Below are positions 34,057 to 35,440 of a DNA stretch of 35,440 nucleotides, in pieces. Made by a program: the position numbers and the translations under genes. This DNA comes from a virus (taxonomy: Duplodnaviria > Caudoviricetes): the IMG/VR virus record IMGVR_UViG_3300018405_000008, positions 1 through 35,440 of that record; one strand, given 5' to 3'. The notes beneath the pieces are model-generated. The model saw only the letters and a list, made by a program, of their open reading frames with translations. It ran no database searches and was not told where the DNA came from. The stretch's first letter is position 1, and each line of letters begins with the position of its first letter.

Positions 34057-35440
34057 AAAGATTGAGAAAAGAAAGTCGGCTCTGCTGTTAATAGAGGAGA
34101 AAGTTACCTTGCTTAGTACAAGAAGCGCTGAACTTGAGACTGCTATAAATGAAGCAGAAACTGATGAAGAAATTAAGGTAGTAGAAGATGAAGCTGTACT
34201 AATGGAAAGTGAAAAAGCTGAGTTAGAAGCAGAAAAATTGAAGCTTCAAGATGAAATAAACGGACTTGAGGAAGAACTAGAAGAAATAAGAAGCAATGAG
34301 CCTGCTCCTGTTAAGGCAAATAAAACAGGGAATGAAGAATACAGAGAAAAAAATAAGAATGAGGGAGATGAAATCTATATGACAAGACAAGCATTTTTTG
34401 GAGGATTATCAAGAGAAAGAGCTGAGAGTTTAGTAACAAGAGAAGAGGTAAAAGAATTTTTAGAAAAAACTAGAGGTTTGATTTCTGAAAAAAGAGCGGT
34501 AACTGGGGCAGACCTTACTATACCAGAAGTTATGCTTGATTTACTTAGGGACAATCTTCACAGCTATTCTAAGCTAATTAAAAGAGTAAACCTTAAGCCA
34601 GTGAAAGGAAAAGCAAGACAGAACATAGCTGGAACTATTCCTGAGGCTATTTGGACCGAAGCGTGTGCTAAATTAAATGAGTTGAACATTGTATTTAATC
34701 AAATCGAAGTAGATGGATATAAAGTAGGCGGATTTATCGCAATATGCAATGCAACGCTAGAAGATTCAGATTTAAATTTAGCCAATGAAATTTTAACAAT
34801 GTTGGCACAGTCTCTAGGACTTGGAGTAGACAAAGCTATACTTTATGGAACTGGTAATAAAATGCCTGTGGGGATAGTAACAAGACTTGCAGAAACAGCT
34901 GAACCTGCTTATTGGGGAACTCATGCACCAACATGGACAGATCTTCATGTTTCTAATCTTTTAGTAATAGATCCAGCAGCTTCAACAGATTTAGAATTTT
35001 ATAAAGACCTAGTTCTAAAATTAGGAAAAGTAGAAGCTAACTATTCCACAGGTGGAAAATTCTGGGCAATGAGTGAAAATACTTTTGCTACGCTTCAAGC
35101 CAAAGCGTTAACTATTAATGCAGCAGGAGCTATTGTATCTGGACAGAATCAAACAATGCCTATAATCGGTGGAGACATTGAATTCCTAGATTTTATTCCA
35201 AATGGACATATCATTGGTGGGTACGGGTCACTATATTTACTTGCTGAAAGAGCTGGAGCTCAATTAGCACAATCTGAACATGTACAGTTTATTGAAGATA
35301 ACACAGTATTTAAAGGAACAGCAAGATATGACGGAAGACCAGTATTTGGAGAAGCATTTGTAGCTATTAATATTAGCCAGGAAGCATTAGCGGTAGCGCC
35401 AGCAAAAACAGATGTAACTTTTGCTCTGGATTCAGCTAAC
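34031..35440 (+). CDS. major capsid protein (HK97 fold, N-terminal coiled-coil delta domain); completed across the junction (stop at 127-129), about 471 aa
   Basis: Missing from the ORF track because it is open to the window end; ATG 34031 after GAGGAGG; TIPE, AIWTE, LEDS..NL, AILYGTG..MP.GI, RYDGRP motifs. Confidence 0.93.
   Translation, partial: MLKQLMIAKKIEKRKSALLLIEEKVTLLSTRSAELETAINEAETDEEIKVVEDEAVLMESEKAELEAEKLKLQDEINGLEEELEEIRSNEPAPVKANKTGNEEYREKNKNEGDEIYMTRQAFFGGLSRERAESLVTREEVKEFLEKTRGLISEKRAVTGADLTIPEVMLDLLRDNLHSYSKLIKRVNLKPVKGKARQNIAGTIPEAIWTEACAKLNELNIVFNQIEVDGYKVGGFIAICNATLEDSDLNLANEILTMLAQSLGLGVDKAILYGTGNKMPVGIVTRLAETAEPAYWGTHAPTWTDLHVSNLLVIDPAASTDLEFYKDLVLKLGKVEANYSTGGKFWAMSENTFATLQAKALTINAAGAIVSGQNQTMPIIGGDIEFLDFIPNGHIIGGYGSLYLLAERAGAQLAQSEHVQFIEDNTVFKGTARYDGRPVFGEAFVAINISQEALAVAPAKTDVTFALDSAN
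35318..35440. repeat. 123-bp direct terminal repeat (copy of 1-123)
   Basis: Exact identity with the window start. Confidence 0.97.

Overview
The window is a complete, circularly permuted genome (~35,317 bp; bases 1-123 are repeated at 35318-35440) of a low-GC temperate long-tailed phage, most likely of a Clostridia-type Firmicute. It appears to be the excised or virion form, with a joined attP and no host flanks. Module order: head-tail joining and tail genes (140-8306), lysis (8320-10424), an AbiD/AbiF-family HEPN gene with a small downstream ncRNA (10546-11552), attP and tyrosine integrase (11601-12971), a long leftward accessory/lysogeny block (Dam-like MTase, ABC-ATPase-TOPRIM, membrane protein, ZIP metal transporter, ImmA-like protease, DUF6414-like protein, CI), a CI/Cro switch, early recombination/replication genes (YqaJ, RecT, initiator with iterons, SSB, dUTPase, RusA, Com, RinA/ArpU), an Ltp superinfection-exclusion moron, then HNH, TerS, TerL, portal, protease and the HK97 major capsid (spanning the junction). 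Most interesting candidates: (1) a three-gene membrane protein + ABC-ATPase/TOPRIM nuclease + adenine methyltransferase cassette that looks like an uncharacterised R-M-like defence system; (2) an AbiF toxin with a self-contained ~60-nt RNA transcribed from a near-consensus promoter inside the gene's 3' end; (3) a ZIP zinc transporter placed directly behind the Zn-dependent ImmA anti-repressor protease, plus LexA-type boxes at the switch and at int; (4) an endolysin with two in-frame internal start sites. All family calls come from motif recognition by eye, not from database searches.
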